From Basidiobolus meristosporus CBS 931.73 (Eukaryota > Fungi > Basidiobolomycota), in contig MCFE01000053.1 of NCBI GenBank assembly GCA_002104905.1, positions 62,001 through 126,000 of the forward strand: DNA of 64,000 nucleotides. Direction: 5' to 3'. Below, in pieces: positions 1 through 11,631 of this stretch. Under the pieces are notes generated by a model. It worked only from the letters and a program-made list of their open reading frames with translations, ran no database searches and had not been told where the DNA came from. Made by a program: the position numbers and the translations under genes. The number at the start of each line of letters is the position of its first letter. The stretch's first letter is position 1.

Positions 1-105
1 TCTTGCCTCAGTCATCCCAGGATGCAACTTACCATGTACATGGTATAAATAGACAACTGGCATGCAGCTGGCAACATATGACCCAGAGACCAACCTGATA
101 CATGC

Positions 106-1667
106 ATGTATTACAGTTGCATGACATTCTCATCAAAAAATACCACCATCTCAAGGTGTCCAATTTGTCAGGAATCCACTACCATTGGGGGAAAACAATG
201 TTCACACTCTAGATATATTCTGGTAATACCCTGCATAAAGAGGCTTATCCAGTCCAATAAGTATTGTGAAGCTATAAAGTACTGCACTCAGTATCAAGCA
301 AGTGCTAACACATCCCATATATTTGATTGCAAACATTACAAGCAGCTTACAAGCATTGGCTACTTTGAAGGTATGTATGACCTTGCCTTTGCCTTGGCAC
401 TTGATAGATTCTCATCAAACAAGTTCTCTACCAGCAAATCCTGCTTGCCACTAGTTATCATCAACCTGAATCTGTCACCTATCTCAAGGTATCAGAGCAG
501 AAATTTGATGGTAGTCTCACTGGTATCAGGACCTATATCACCATCCAACCTTGACAGCTACCTGTCTCCCTTGCCGGATGAAAGTTGCATACTTTTCAGC
601 AGGATAACAGTAAGTGGCCATCATGTCAAAGCACATATTGTATCTGCATTGGAGATACCCCAGCCATTGGCAAGATAGCCAGCTTTGCTAGGCACAATGG
701 AAAGTGTTGCTGTCAATATGTAAGATCAAGAAGACTTACTCCTCAACTCACACACATTATTATCACCCCAACACCAACACTAAGGTCATCATCTTCCTCC
801 AGAGAGAACATACAGAAGTAAGCATGCAATTGCAGCAAAGTTGGCAAGCTTAAGCCATTGGCTGGAATATGGAATTAATCAGAGACCAGAGATACTTAAG
901 ATTGAGGGTATCTGTTGGAGCAAAAGCTTTCCACTGGGAGCAATGCATTTGCTTTTCAACAATATCCCTATACTGATGACCAGGTTGTATATGAGGCATT
1001 CCAAGCTAAATGAGCCCTCTGAGATAGAGGAAAAAATTGAAAGAATTGGCAAGATATTACAGAGTATCTCCTACCATAAGTACTTCTCATAGGCTTCAAT
1101 CAACATTCATATGCATATGCTGCAGTACAAGTGGAAGGACCAGATGAACTGAATATGTACTTATGCAAGTGGCCTTCTGAAGCCATTTTTACCAAGGGTA
1201 TATTGGAAGCATTGGGAGTAATATGTGGACATTGTAGGAATATTTATCCAGAAGCTGATCACCAATGCAAACTTGCTGCTTCTACAGCGTTTGTGCAAAG
1301 AGTTTGTAATGAGATTTGAGCAGCTATACCACAAATATAAATCTGAAGACATAGATCTCTACCACTACTGTATCCATTTTCTACTCCATCTTACCTGGTG
1401 TGTGCAGAATATTAGGCATTGCTTCACCTTTTGGGGGTTTCCTATGGAGTGGATATGTGGGGATATAGGAAGACAAGTCAAGTTGCAGGTACTGCTCTAT
1501 CCTAGTCTCATTAGGTATAATACCTTCAAGTCCATCATGGATATGATGAGTTGGCACATGGATGACAGCAAGGAAGAGTTGGAAAAAACTGAAGTCAGAT
1601 GTGCACATAAAAACACCTATGCTGATGGCATTAAGAAGCTAAGCAGCCCCCATGCAAGGGTAATCAG
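106..1667 (+). pseudogene. Decayed CACTA/EnSpm-like (Tnp2 / Transposase_21-type) transposase, N-terminal and catalytic part
   Basis: Consecutive frameshifted ORFs (106-678, 585-821, 841-1092, 1225-1758) carry motifs typical of fungal CMC-EnSpm transposases: NLSPISRYQSRNLMVVSLVSGP, GDTPAIGK..HNG.CCC, PLGAMHLLFNNI, HFLLHL..W.FPMEWICG. Interrupted at 1668 by an LTR. Confidence 0.75.
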
Positions 1668-1935
1668 TGTTGTGCATCAAAACCTAAAACTTAGCAAATT
1701 TCACTCCATTAGAAAATCTAGTACCCCAACTGCTTTTCCCAAGCCCACACATAAGTAATCCTTGTTATGGTCTATTTTATCACTTCTCAGAATATTTTTT
1801 TAGCTGTCACTCTTCATCAATATTTGTGTGGTGTCTATGTCCTCAACTGACCTGCTAAGCCTTTCCAAGTGATTAGACTTCTGAGATCTATCCTACCACT
1901 TTGCAGTTGCCAAGACATCAGCTGATTAATGACAC

Positions 1936-3004
1936 TATGGTGGTGTATAGGTCCAAGGGAGAGATATGTCCAACACTTCTCAAGTGTTTTGTGTGTGGGG
2001 TGTTCACTGGGTGCAATAACCTCTGGCAAAAGCTTGCTAGGAATACTTGGGTTCTGTCTCTAATCTAATGTGAAGGGGAATAAGGCCTCAAGCTTGTCAA
2101 GGGAAAACCATTGAGCTACAATCCCCAACTTAGTTGACATCTTAACAAAAATATGTGCTGGGTTCAGCATCCTTTGAGATGACAATGTACTAAAGCTTCC
2201 AAAGTCAAAACAACTGTAAACTCCACCAGCAGGGACTTGATAAGAATGCAGCTGTGGTCAATAGTTACAAAGACAGAAAGTATCTTTGCCTGTACCAGAA
2301 CAAACTTGGGAAAGAATCAAATATAATAAAAGATACCTACTCTAAGTATTCCTCACAAGTAGTGCCTCCAAGGTCAGTTGGCTGTCAGCGTGGTTTCCTG
2401 GGAATGTCCTGTGGTCTGGGGCTGGAAGTTCAGGTAGTAGCAGGTAGCAGTGATCATACTAATCAACAAGTTGGCATATTGATAAAAGGGATGATGATTT
2501 ATTGTTGAGAGATAGCATCCCTTGTATACTTTTCTTACTGGCTAAGTGATTACTAATCATGGTGTTCCAGAAGGATCCAGATATGAATAGAAATCTTAAT
2601 GACATCAGAATGACCTAAGAATGTTCTAAGTAGGTGCCAGAAGGTTCTAAGAGGCACAGCACATCCAACCAATCAGGAATCAGTATTTAGAAACCTGTGT
2701 AACATAGGGATACCATATATGGTATGGAAATGGTAGGGATGGTGACATGGGTCAACCATGTGTCATGGGTACTGGCACGGGTACTTGCCTAATATAGAAG
2801 CACCTATAGCTAGAAACCTAACATAAAGTGAGGGTTAACTTATGTAATAAGATAAGCAGGTATGATAGTCAACTGGCTTATGGGATAGTACTGATCAGGT
2901 AAGACAAATGGGATGAAGCTAAAATAAGTGTAGTAGAGATATAGGGAAGTGAAAATATGGGAATGAGCACATCTGTCAGTGGGTGTCACTGCCACCCCAC
3001 TACA
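1936..3004 (-). mobile_element. Ty3/Gypsy-family solo LTR (1069 bp)
   Basis: Colinear with 25069-26138. Its reverse complement shares the terminus ..CACCACCA(C/T)A and internal blocks (AGGCAAGTACCC..CAGTACCCATGAC) with the LTRs at 3072 and 5887. Flanks ACAC / ACGC. Confidence 0.85.
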
Positions 3005-3071
3005 ACGCAAAATTTCATTCATCTTATGCATCTATCAACATCCAAACAGATTTCAATTAGTCCAGTCCTGG

Positions 3072-3875
3072 TGTGGTAGGGTAAAAATACCTCCCACAGA
3101 CAAGTTTATTCATATAGTCATTATGATATACTTATCCATATTTTATCTTATCAGTATTATCCCATTATTCTTTTGCCCATATTATCAGTATTATCCCCAT
3201 ATGATGTTTACCCTGATTAGTTATTAGCATTAGTTATCCCAGATGCTATTCAGCTTTGTGATCAGTATATGTATCTACATAAGGCAAGTACCCGCATCAG
3301 TACCCATGACGCATGACCTAGGTCTGTGTTACCCTCCCTACCATTTCAATACTATATATGGTATTTCTATGTTGCACAGGTTTCAGACTACTGATTCCTG
3401 ATTGGTTGAATGTGCTGTGCCCTTTAGAACCTTCCAGGACATTCTTGGCATATTTTTAGCTCATAGTGATGTCATCAAGAATTCCACTGATGCCTAGAAT
3501 CTTCTAGAACCTTGTCATTATTAATCACTTGGCAATCAGGAAAAGTATTTAAGGGAAAGCAATCCCTCATCAATAAATCATCTCATCTATCAGTAACACT
3601 TCTATCTTATTGATTAGCAGTTGATCACTGCACCTGCCTTCAGCAGTACATCTCAGACCTGCCATCAGGGAGCTTTTCAGGGTAGTGCACAGGACACACA
3701 GAGGCCTTTGGAGACACTTGGAGCGCCTAGGAAGCTAGAGAAGCAGGGGCTTTTACCATAGTGACATATTGACAAAGACACCAGCAGTTTAGACACAGAG
3801 GTTATTGCACCCATTAGACACCTCACACACCTTGAGTTGTGTAGCTTCTCCCAGGAGTACCTCTACACCATCACA
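3072..3875 (+). repeat. 5' LTR of Gypsy element
   Basis: TGTGGTAGGG...CACCATCACA; direct repeat of 5887-6690 with roughly a dozen substitutions seen by eye. Confidence 0.93.
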
Positions 3876-3879
3876 TCTT

Positions 3880-3897
3880 TGGCACCCAATGTGGGGG
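3880..3897 (+). promoter_or_regulatory. Primer-binding site, tRNA-Lys type
   Basis: TGGCACCCAATGTGGGGG equals the canonical tRNA-Lys PBS TGGCGCCCAACGTGGGG with both CpGs decayed (CG>CA and CG>TG). Confidence 0.8.
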
Positions 3898-4252
3898 GTT
3901 TGACTGAACTGCCCCTAGAAGACTTAAGAAAGAACAAATTATCAAGACCATGGATCTACCTTTACCAGGAATGCAAGGAACCCCTTTCTTTGATGGAACT
4001 AAAGTTAAAGCTTTCATCAAGAGGTGGGAGCTTTTCTGCAGAGTCCACAAAATACCTGAGGCCATTATGGCTGAAGAGATGCCCCCTTACAGCACTGATG
4101 AGATCATGCTCTGATTATTTGAAAGAAATGATCTGCTGACAAATTGGACCCTCTTGAAGAGCTACTTGATTGATGAATATGGGGAGAGACAAGTTGACTA
4201 CACACTTCAAGACTTATAGAACTTTGCTTATAGCAAGTTTAAGCTGCTACCA

Positions 4253-5760
4253 TTGAAAGAATACTTGAGTGGCCTTGAGCAAATTGGAGAGTCACCAAAA
4301 GCTCAAGGAGTTATCACTGATCTCACTTTATCTGCCTATCTTCTCAGAGCACTACCAGAAGACCTGGTGAGAAGGATTGAAAACAATCCTACTGTGAAAG
4401 CTATGAGTTCACAGCCTGCATTTCAGTTAGCTAATCAGATTCTACTTGACCCTGAAGAAACCTCACCAATCAGAAAGCTTCTTTCAAGCTCAGCACAAAA
4501 CCAAGATAGCCAAGACTAACTTAATCCTAGTAATCAAAGCACTCAAATTCAGGAGCTGACACAGCAACTAGAGAAACTCTCTTTGCTACTTGCCAGCAAA
4601 GCATATGGGCAGAAGCCAGTGGAGAAAGAAGTCAAGTATACATGCATGTGGTGTGACTCTGCCAACCATTCCAAGAGAAATTGCCAAGAGCTTCAGTCAT
4701 TACTATCCACAGGTGATGTCCTATATTGTCCTCAGGGATACATGGTCAGTAAGCATGGTGACAAATTATCCACAGCATTTTGACAAGGAGGAATGAGAGT
4801 TCACTACAAGCAAGTCACCTCTCATACAAGAAAGGTGCACCTCCATGAAGATGAAGATCCTGACTACTTTGATCCAGCTGAAGCTCTGAACTTTGACTAT
4901 GAGGACCCCAGAGAGGCCCAAGATTATATAGCTTCAATGTATGCTTCAAAGAGACACCATTCTGAAAAAATAGCTAATTCAGGCCCAGCAACAAATGTAC
5001 CAAGATGTGAGCCAGAAGTTGTGATTGAGAAGAAAGCATCACCCCCATTAGTTTTACAAGAGTCTGCCAAGGCCAACAACTACCACATGCAGCCTAGAGT
5101 CAAGCAAAATGGTACCCCAGAGGCTCTGACAAGTCATATACTAGGAAGCAACATATCAATCAAGGTTGGAGAGCTACTCAGTGTATCACCATCCGTAAGA
5201 AAGACACTGGATGAGCACATCAGAATAAGAAAGCATCCAATTGAAGCAACCCAAGGCAACCAGGTCAGGACAGTTCAAGGAAGCCAAGATATCAGTAAGC
5301 TGCATCAAAGCCAGAAACACTACTACTCAGTGGCAACTGCAACAACTACAGGAACTATGCATAACCAAGAAGTTCTATGTCATATAGACAGTGAATCTGA
5401 GATATGTGTGATGCCTTTGGAGGCTTGGAAACAACTACCATGCAAAGACCTATTGCCCATAGACACCAATATCAATTGGAGCATGAAGGATGCAAACTCA
5501 GGGCAATCAAAGCATTTAGGAATTATTCACAGCTTCCCTCTCATCATTGAGGGAATACCCCATGAGATCCCAGTATTCATTGTGCAAAGGCTAACTTTGA
5601 ATTACTTCTTGGAAGACCATGAGAGGTAAAAGCAAGAGCAACTGCAGTGAACTACCCAGATGGTTCAGCATGGTATACTATATAATCAGAGAGCCCAGGA
5701 CTAAGAGCAACCTTCTGTGGTGTGAACTCAAACAATATCCAATCAATGACATCATGTAGA
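4253..5760 (+). pseudogene. Fragmented gag (CCHC zinc knuckle) and retropepsin-like protease
   Basis: CMWCDSANHSKRNC in ORF 4583-4783; LCHIDSESEIC (degenerate DSG) and following protease-like residues in ORF 4793-5629; several stops and frameshifts. Confidence 0.8.
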
Positions 5761-5869
5761 TTTCTATCTCAAGAAAGGACAGGTGGCTTCATTGAGGAAG
5801 ACTGAGAGAGCACTTTGTTCTCCAAACTTACAGTGGTTAGCTAAAAAGTTCCCTGAAGCTTTTTAGCTC

Positions 5870-5886
5870 AAGTGGGGGGGGGTGGA
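5870..5886 (+). promoter_or_regulatory. Polypurine tract
   Basis: AAGTGGGGGGGGGTGGA immediately 5' of the 3' LTR. Confidence 0.8.
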
Positions 5887-6690
5887 TGTGGTAGGGTAAA
5901 CATACCTCCCACAGACAAGTTTATTCATATAGTCATTATGATATACTTATCCATATTTTATCTTATCAGTATTATCCCATTCTTCTTTTGCCCATATAAT
6001 CAGTATTATCCCCATATGATGTTTACCCTGATTAGTTATTAGCATTAGTTATCCCAGATGCTATTCAGCTTTGTGATCAGTATATGTATCTACATAAGGC
6101 AAGTACCCACATCAGTACCTGTGACGCATGACCTAGGTCTGTGTTACCCTCCCTACCATTTCAATACTATATATGGTATTTCTATGTTGCACAGGTTTCA
6201 GACTACTGATTCCTGATTGGTTGAATGTGCTGTGCCCTTTAGAACCTTCCAGGACATTCTTGGCATATTTTTAGCTCATAGTGATGTCATCAAGAATTCC
6301 ACTGATGCCTAGAATCTTCTAGAACCTTGTCATTATTGATCACTGGGCAATCAGGAAAAGTATTTAAGGGAAAGCAATCCCTCATCAATAAACCATCTCA
6401 TCTATTAGTAACACTTCCATCTTATTGATTAGCAGTTGATCACTGCACCTGCCTTCAGCAGTACATCACAGACCTGCCATCAGGGAGCTTTTCAGGGTAG
6501 TGCACAGGACACACAGAGGCCTTTGGAGACACTTGGAGCGCCTAGGAAGCTAGAGAAGCAGGGGCTTTTACCATAGTGACATATTGACAAAGACACCAGC
6601 AGTTTAGACACAGAGGTTATTGCACCCATCAGACACCTCACACACCTTGAGTTGTGTAGCTTCTCCCAGGAGTACCTCTACACCACCACA
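5887..6690 (+). repeat. 3' LTR of Gypsy element
   Basis: TGTGGTAGGG...CACCACCACA, 804 bp, direct repeat of 3072-3875. Confidence 0.93.
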
Positions 6691-7062
6691 CCAGGGTGCT
6701 TACTAATTCAACTTGATCATAAAAGTATAGATAAAGTTTACAGAACCTTTTGGTTTAGAGTGTATCTCTATAAAGTTAAGATTGTGTCTCAGCAAAATTA
6801 AGAATTCAATAATTCTGTGCTAGTTTCTACCCAAGCCTAGCATATATAGCACTCCCAGGGATACCAAGCCTAGCTTGCATAGCAAACCAACTCTGTTGCC
6901 CTTATAGCCCAACTCAGCTATATATAAGACCAATAATAGATCAGAACTGTTCTGTTAAAATTTCTGCCACTCTTGACAATTGTAAGATTCTGCACTTAGT
7001 TGTCACTTGGGTTCAGTCAACTCATTCAAGAGTTTTATTTCACTTTTCTTGTGGATTCAACA

Positions 7063-7520
7063 ATTGGCTAAGTAATGCAAAGTTGGGTTGGGAGCAACAA
7101 GCAACCAACTTGTACAAGGAAAGATCTACCAGAGTATGCCAGGTTTCTCTTGGTCACAAGCTAATTTCTACACCATGTAATACAGAATTCACACAAACAA
7201 GAGCCAGAGCACACCTATAAGGGGGACCAGATTACAGCAGGGAGAAGGAATATATTAGCTAAATACTAAAAAGTTCTTTGCAGATATTCAGGAGGTAAAC
7301 ATGACAAAAGTGGTGGCAAACCAAGCACATACCTGAAAGAAGTATATGTTACCAGCAATAAAAGGTATATGGCAATTTTGCAAGTATCAAACTAAAAAGC
7401 CATAAATTTGAGGTGATAGTGGTGTGTCAATTGCGGCATGTGTGCCCATTTGTAGTGGTTTGTAAGTAATAGGCTATGGTTTATTTTGGAATACATGAAC
7501 TACACAACGGGAGGTAGAAA
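7063..7520 (+). pseudogene. Probable C-terminal part of the CACTA-like transposase
   Basis: Homologous to 14440-14900, which directly follows the transposase core in the second copy. The plus frame reads like KFFADIQEV..ARCICYQ..VEVIEV..VFFD. Confidence 0.55.
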
Positions 7521-7528
7521 AGGGAAAT

Positions 7529-8260
7529 AGACTTGTTCTGTTGGATAATGCCACATTGAGCCATGAGTGCCAAATAGTGCAATTGCATGCCAGAGAGGCA
7601 TAGCAGACCTAAACTTGGCCACAGAGTATGAAACATAGCACTGCATCTTCATGCAAAGCAGCCCCTGTGTTTCACCCATTGTGTTGGAGAATATTCCTTT
7701 TTTGACCTTTTTTTTTGTATCAATGTTGTGCAGGATGTGTAAGAGCACAGAAGGACTGAAGACATGCATCTAGTACCCAATACCTGTGGCACTCTGAATC
7801 TAGCTCCTGCAGCTTGTATCATGTCACAAAAATGAATGGCACTATCTTGGTCCACTGGTACTATCTGGCACTATATCTAAATATTAGCCCTAAAGTAAGA
7901 CCTATACAAAGAACTATAGTGCCAGATAGTACCAGTGGACCAAGATAGTGCCATTCATTTTTGTGACATGATACAAGCTACAGGAGCTAGATTCAGAGTG
8001 CCATCATTATTGAGTACCATGTGCATGTCTTCAATTCTACTGTGCTCTTACACATCATGCATAACATAGATCCAAAAAAAAGGTCAAAAAATGGTTTTTC
8101 TCCATTGCAATGAGTGAAACACAAGGGCTGCTTTGCATAAAGAGGCAGAGCTGTGTTTCACACTCTGTGGCCACGTATAGGCTCACCTAGCCTCCCTGGC
8201 ACACTACTGCATCAATTGGCACTCATGTCTCAATGTGGCACTATCCAATGGAACATGTCT
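7529..8260. mobile_element. Palindromic MITE / foldback element (732 bp), PIF/Harbinger-related
   Basis: Inverted arms 7529-7875 and 7917-8260 with a 41-nt spacer. Termini AGACTTGTTC / GAACATGTCT, flanked by AAT / AAT. The terminus matches the ends of the element at 29280-32681. Confidence 0.85.
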
Positions 8261-8299
8261 AATATCATTTGGTGAATTGATATGCTAGCATTATAAAGA

Positions 8300-8720
8300 A
8301 CTAGCTGTAGGCCACCATATTGCTATAATAGTACCACTGGAGGCTCACAAAGGGCCTGTCAGCACAATGTCAAGTTTTTTGCTATTTAAGACAACTGGAT
8401 GTACTGGCCAGTTACATCCACTCAAATAGCTGCAGAGCACCATAAGACCATAACAATGCCATGACATACCCAGCAAAATACCACCTAAACACTGTCAAGT
8501 TTTTAACTTTATTTGGCAGGAATATTGGTCAAATGCCAGTATGATCTGGCCATCAGATTGCACAGAGGGTCATTAATTCCAAGCTGTTGGTATTATAACA
8601 GTCTGTTGATGGAATCTTACTGCTGATTTGGATTAGGTCCACTTGCAGGACCAAATTATTTTTCAAAGGGCTAAAGGCAACACAAACTTGCCTGACTCAT
8701 CTTGCACAAGGTAACAAGTA
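8300..8720. repeat. Fragment of an unclassified dispersed repeat family
   Basis: Aligns by eye to 28380-28690 (CCAAGCTG.TGGTATTAT..GATTTGGATT.GGTCCAC..GGACCAAATTA). Related pieces at 12450-12690, 13400-13610 (inverted) and 28690-29279. Confidence 0.65.
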
Positions 8721-9165
8721 TGGCTAGGTGCTGTTATAGAAGTATTCAGTGTGTGCAAGATATTGATAGTGGAGTAGTGACTGATGAATAGTCACATATG
8801 ACTTGTGTGGCAAAACACTTGCTGTGATCCATGTACTACTTCTTATGATGCCAGTGTGCTTCATGGATGAGAGGCTTATTACAGTAGCCACATGGTCTTT
8901 TTTCACTTCACTTACAGTGTTGCATCAAAGTAGTCTTGTCCATGTGGCAAACAGTTTGACACTCAACAACATAATGCTATTACATTGTTTTTCTGTCAAT
9001 ACTCATGTGAATTTAAGACAGCCTTGTACTTGAGACATTGTGCCTACATAAATGTAAGATTCAATGATGACCTGCCATAGTAAGCATTATAAATAAATTT
9101 GTGACACCCAATACACATGTGTATGACACATCATCTCCCCATTGGTTTGACTCACCCCCATATAT

Positions 9166-11000
9166 ATGCCACCAAAAAAAAAGCAAAGTTGTCTGATTCC
9201 TAACCAAGCCCCACCACTGACAGCAGCAGACAAATGGTTGGACCACAGCTTGCTTTGCCATTCAGTGCAACAAGCAGGGCTAGAACCAAAAAAAGGCCCT
9301 GTGGACAGAGTGCCCACTGAGGTAATAATGCAGACACCTCAGGCTCTCAGTCAGGCAGGCAATTGGGAGTCTGTGAGGAGCTGCAAGCTGACCCCAATGC
9401 CAAGGCAGATGAGAATGTAGCAAAAGCAGTACCTTCAGTTGAAGACCACCAAGTGGCTGTCATAATATCACTACCACCTTTATTAGCAAATATATTGTCA
9501 GCTCATACCAAAGCATTATTTAGGCAATTAGGTGTGGTGGCTGATAGGATGGATGCAATGGCCTAGAGATATCAGTAGATAACCAAGAAACAGGATGAGC
9601 AGATAAAAGGTGTAGAGCAATCAGCATCCCAGGCAGAGAAAGCAGTATTGTTGCTGCAAAACAGGAACTTAAGTAGCTAAATGTCACAGCAAAGAGCCAA
9701 GTCATTTCCTGGTGTAACAGTAGACAAGCACTGTACAGTCTTTGAAGCACAACAACAGTGCCCAATGATATATCCCACAGAAAAACATATCACAGCATGG
9801 GAGGGAGAAAATGTAGTGTTTATATGAGAGCCTTAAAATCAAAGGCATTGAAGATATGTGAGTCTGTTGAGTGAAATGATGACAAGTGGGCCAGTAATCA
9901 AGAGGCTTTTAGAAGTCTAGCATGCCAGCCCCATAAGGCCAGCAGGCCATGGGACCATCAGGAACTCAAGGTCAAGCAGAATGCTCTTGACTTGCTCCAT
10001 GATCATTATCCTGAATTCAAGCAAGCATACAGATTTTGAGCCAGTATTGGTATGCTCAGAAAGTATCTCAAGAATAGCAGGAACTATCAAAGGCAGAAGA
10101 ATAAGGGTGCTCTGGCTAAAAACCAGTGGCTTCCTCAAGGGCTTGTTACAAGTAGGGCCAAAAGCTCCCAACAAGGGTCAAAATGACATCAGGCAGCTGG
10201 AAGAGTGCCTATCAGGGAAAAGCAGGCAGATACAGAAGCATCAACACAACATTTATCAAGGAAAAAGCCTAGTCCACTCAAGAAGCACTCATTCAGAGTA
10301 GTGGTGAAGGACCAGGCAGTGATAAATACCAGAGGCTACATCAGCCCATGACAGCATGGACTGAGAGCTCAAAACAAGTGGGAAAATAGTGTCAGGTTGC
10401 CAGCAGAGCAACAGCAAGGGATAAGCAGGCCAAAATAGATGCATCAGTGCAGCATCTATTAAGGAGAAACCATAGTTGAATACAAAATGCACTCAGGCAA
10501 ATAAGCAGTGAAAGACCTGGCACTGATTAAGGAAAAGGTAAAGGGAAAAAGTCTGCACAAGCCGGAGACAAGAAAGTGTGAGAAAGATGCTTTGGTTCTT
10601 GCCAATTAATGCTGTAAGCCTGGAGCAAACTGAATTTCATCATAGCCAAGAAGAATTATCAACAATAAAACAGCTGTTTTTACAAGAGCTTGAAGTGTGG
10701 TAATGGAAAGTATTCCATTACTACAATATCTCAAAACCAATATTGCACTCATTCCTTTATTTTGCTTTTTGCTATTGTTACACACAAGTGAGAGATCAAG
10801 AAATTCCAACTTTGAAGGACAAATACTCCAGACCCTGGCAAGCAATCCACCCAAGAATATTATGTCGTACAGAACACACAGTAGCCAACACATGTCTCAA
10901 ATTACAGCTCATTTGAAGCAGTACCTAAGGAGTTATAACCAAAAGAGTCCAATTATTTTAAATACAAGGCCACTATTGCTAGGATTACTATTGTGACTTT
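9166..11000 (+). pseudogene. Possible heavily decayed TE ORF(s), class unresolved
   Basis: Starts MPPKKK; broken frames with a coiled-coil-like stretch (LGVVADRMDAMA..EQIKGVEQSASQAEKAVLLLQ); CpG-depleted like the neighbouring TEs. No diagnostic motif recognised. Confidence 0.25.
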
Positions 11001-11373
11001 AATTGCATATAGCTTTTGAACCAGCCAATCAATATCCTGTGAAGTTTTCACAGGTGCTGCGCCTATGTCCGATCTGCGCCACTGCAAGATTTTAGGTTTG
11101 TATCATGTGTACTGCTTGCGCAATTGCCTAAAAACTTTGATCCTTCAGATATTTCATATATATGACTTCCCTAGCCAAAAAATAAAGGAGAGCCTCTCTT
11201 TCCAGAATCTCCACACTACAATTACAAGTTTAAAGGTTATAAGACTTTGCATGCATCACTTGCACTGTTGAGTATTCCAACTTTGATTGGTACTGCTTCA
11301 GTAAAGAGACTGCAAAGCTTACAAGAATCCAATCTAAGTTCTACAAGAAACTACCACTTTTCTGTTGGAAAAG

Positions 11374-11631
11374 TCCCCTCTAAGAAACCCCTTTACTCTA
11401 AAGACACCCCTATAGATACCCCTTTAGTCTAAAGACCCCTTTAGAGACCCCCTTAAGAAACCCCTTAACTCTAAAGAAGCCCCTTTAGGCACCCCTTTAG
11501 TGTAAAGTCCACTTTAGAGACCACTACAAGAAGCCCCTTTACTCTAAAGACACCCCTTTTGACACCCCTTTAGAGACTTCTACAACACCCCCTTTAGAGA
11601 CTTCTACAACACACCCCTTTAGGTTAAAGGG
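11374..11631. repeat. Degenerate CCCCTTTAG minisatellite ending in a short hairpin
   Basis: About 14 C4-5 tracts spaced ~11-25 nt. The last units repeat CCCCTTTAGAGACTTCTACAACA. Terminal CCCTTTA-GGT-TAAAGGG at 11615-11631. Confidence 0.85.

Larger units (their letters stand above)
3072..6690 (+). mobile_element. Non-autonomous Ty3/Gypsy-type LTR element (gag + protease only)
   Basis: Two 804-bp TG..CA LTRs, PBS, CCHC knuckle, aspartic protease, PPT. The 2011-bp internal region shows no RT/RNaseH/integrase. Flanks CTGG / CCAG. Confidence 0.9.
1668..7062. mobile_element. Solo LTR of a third family (~700 bp of own sequence) split by two Gypsy insertions
   Basis: Starts TGTTG (1668), ends CAACA (7062). 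Flanks ATCAG (1663-1667) and ATTGG (7063-7067) both derive from ATCGG. Removing it rejoins GTAATC(G)GCTAAGTAAT, matching the uninterrupted second copy GTAATCAGTTAAGTAAT near 14428-14445. TATATAA near 6920. Confidence 0.7.

Noticed and set aside
7063-7520. Minus-strand reading as a KDZ/CxC transposase (ALVC..GE-like and Cys-rich bits; also ORFs 14759-15197)
   Set aside because: The second copy shows this DNA is contiguous with the plus-strand CACTA-like transposase once the LTR is removed, and the minus-strand motifs are weak.
11374-11631. Interstitial telomere, piggyBac end (..AGG|TTAA) or Helitron 3' end
   Set aside because: The unit is irregular and not a clean telomere repeat. No matching left TTAA|CCTAAAGGGG end was found, and no CTRR follows the hairpin.
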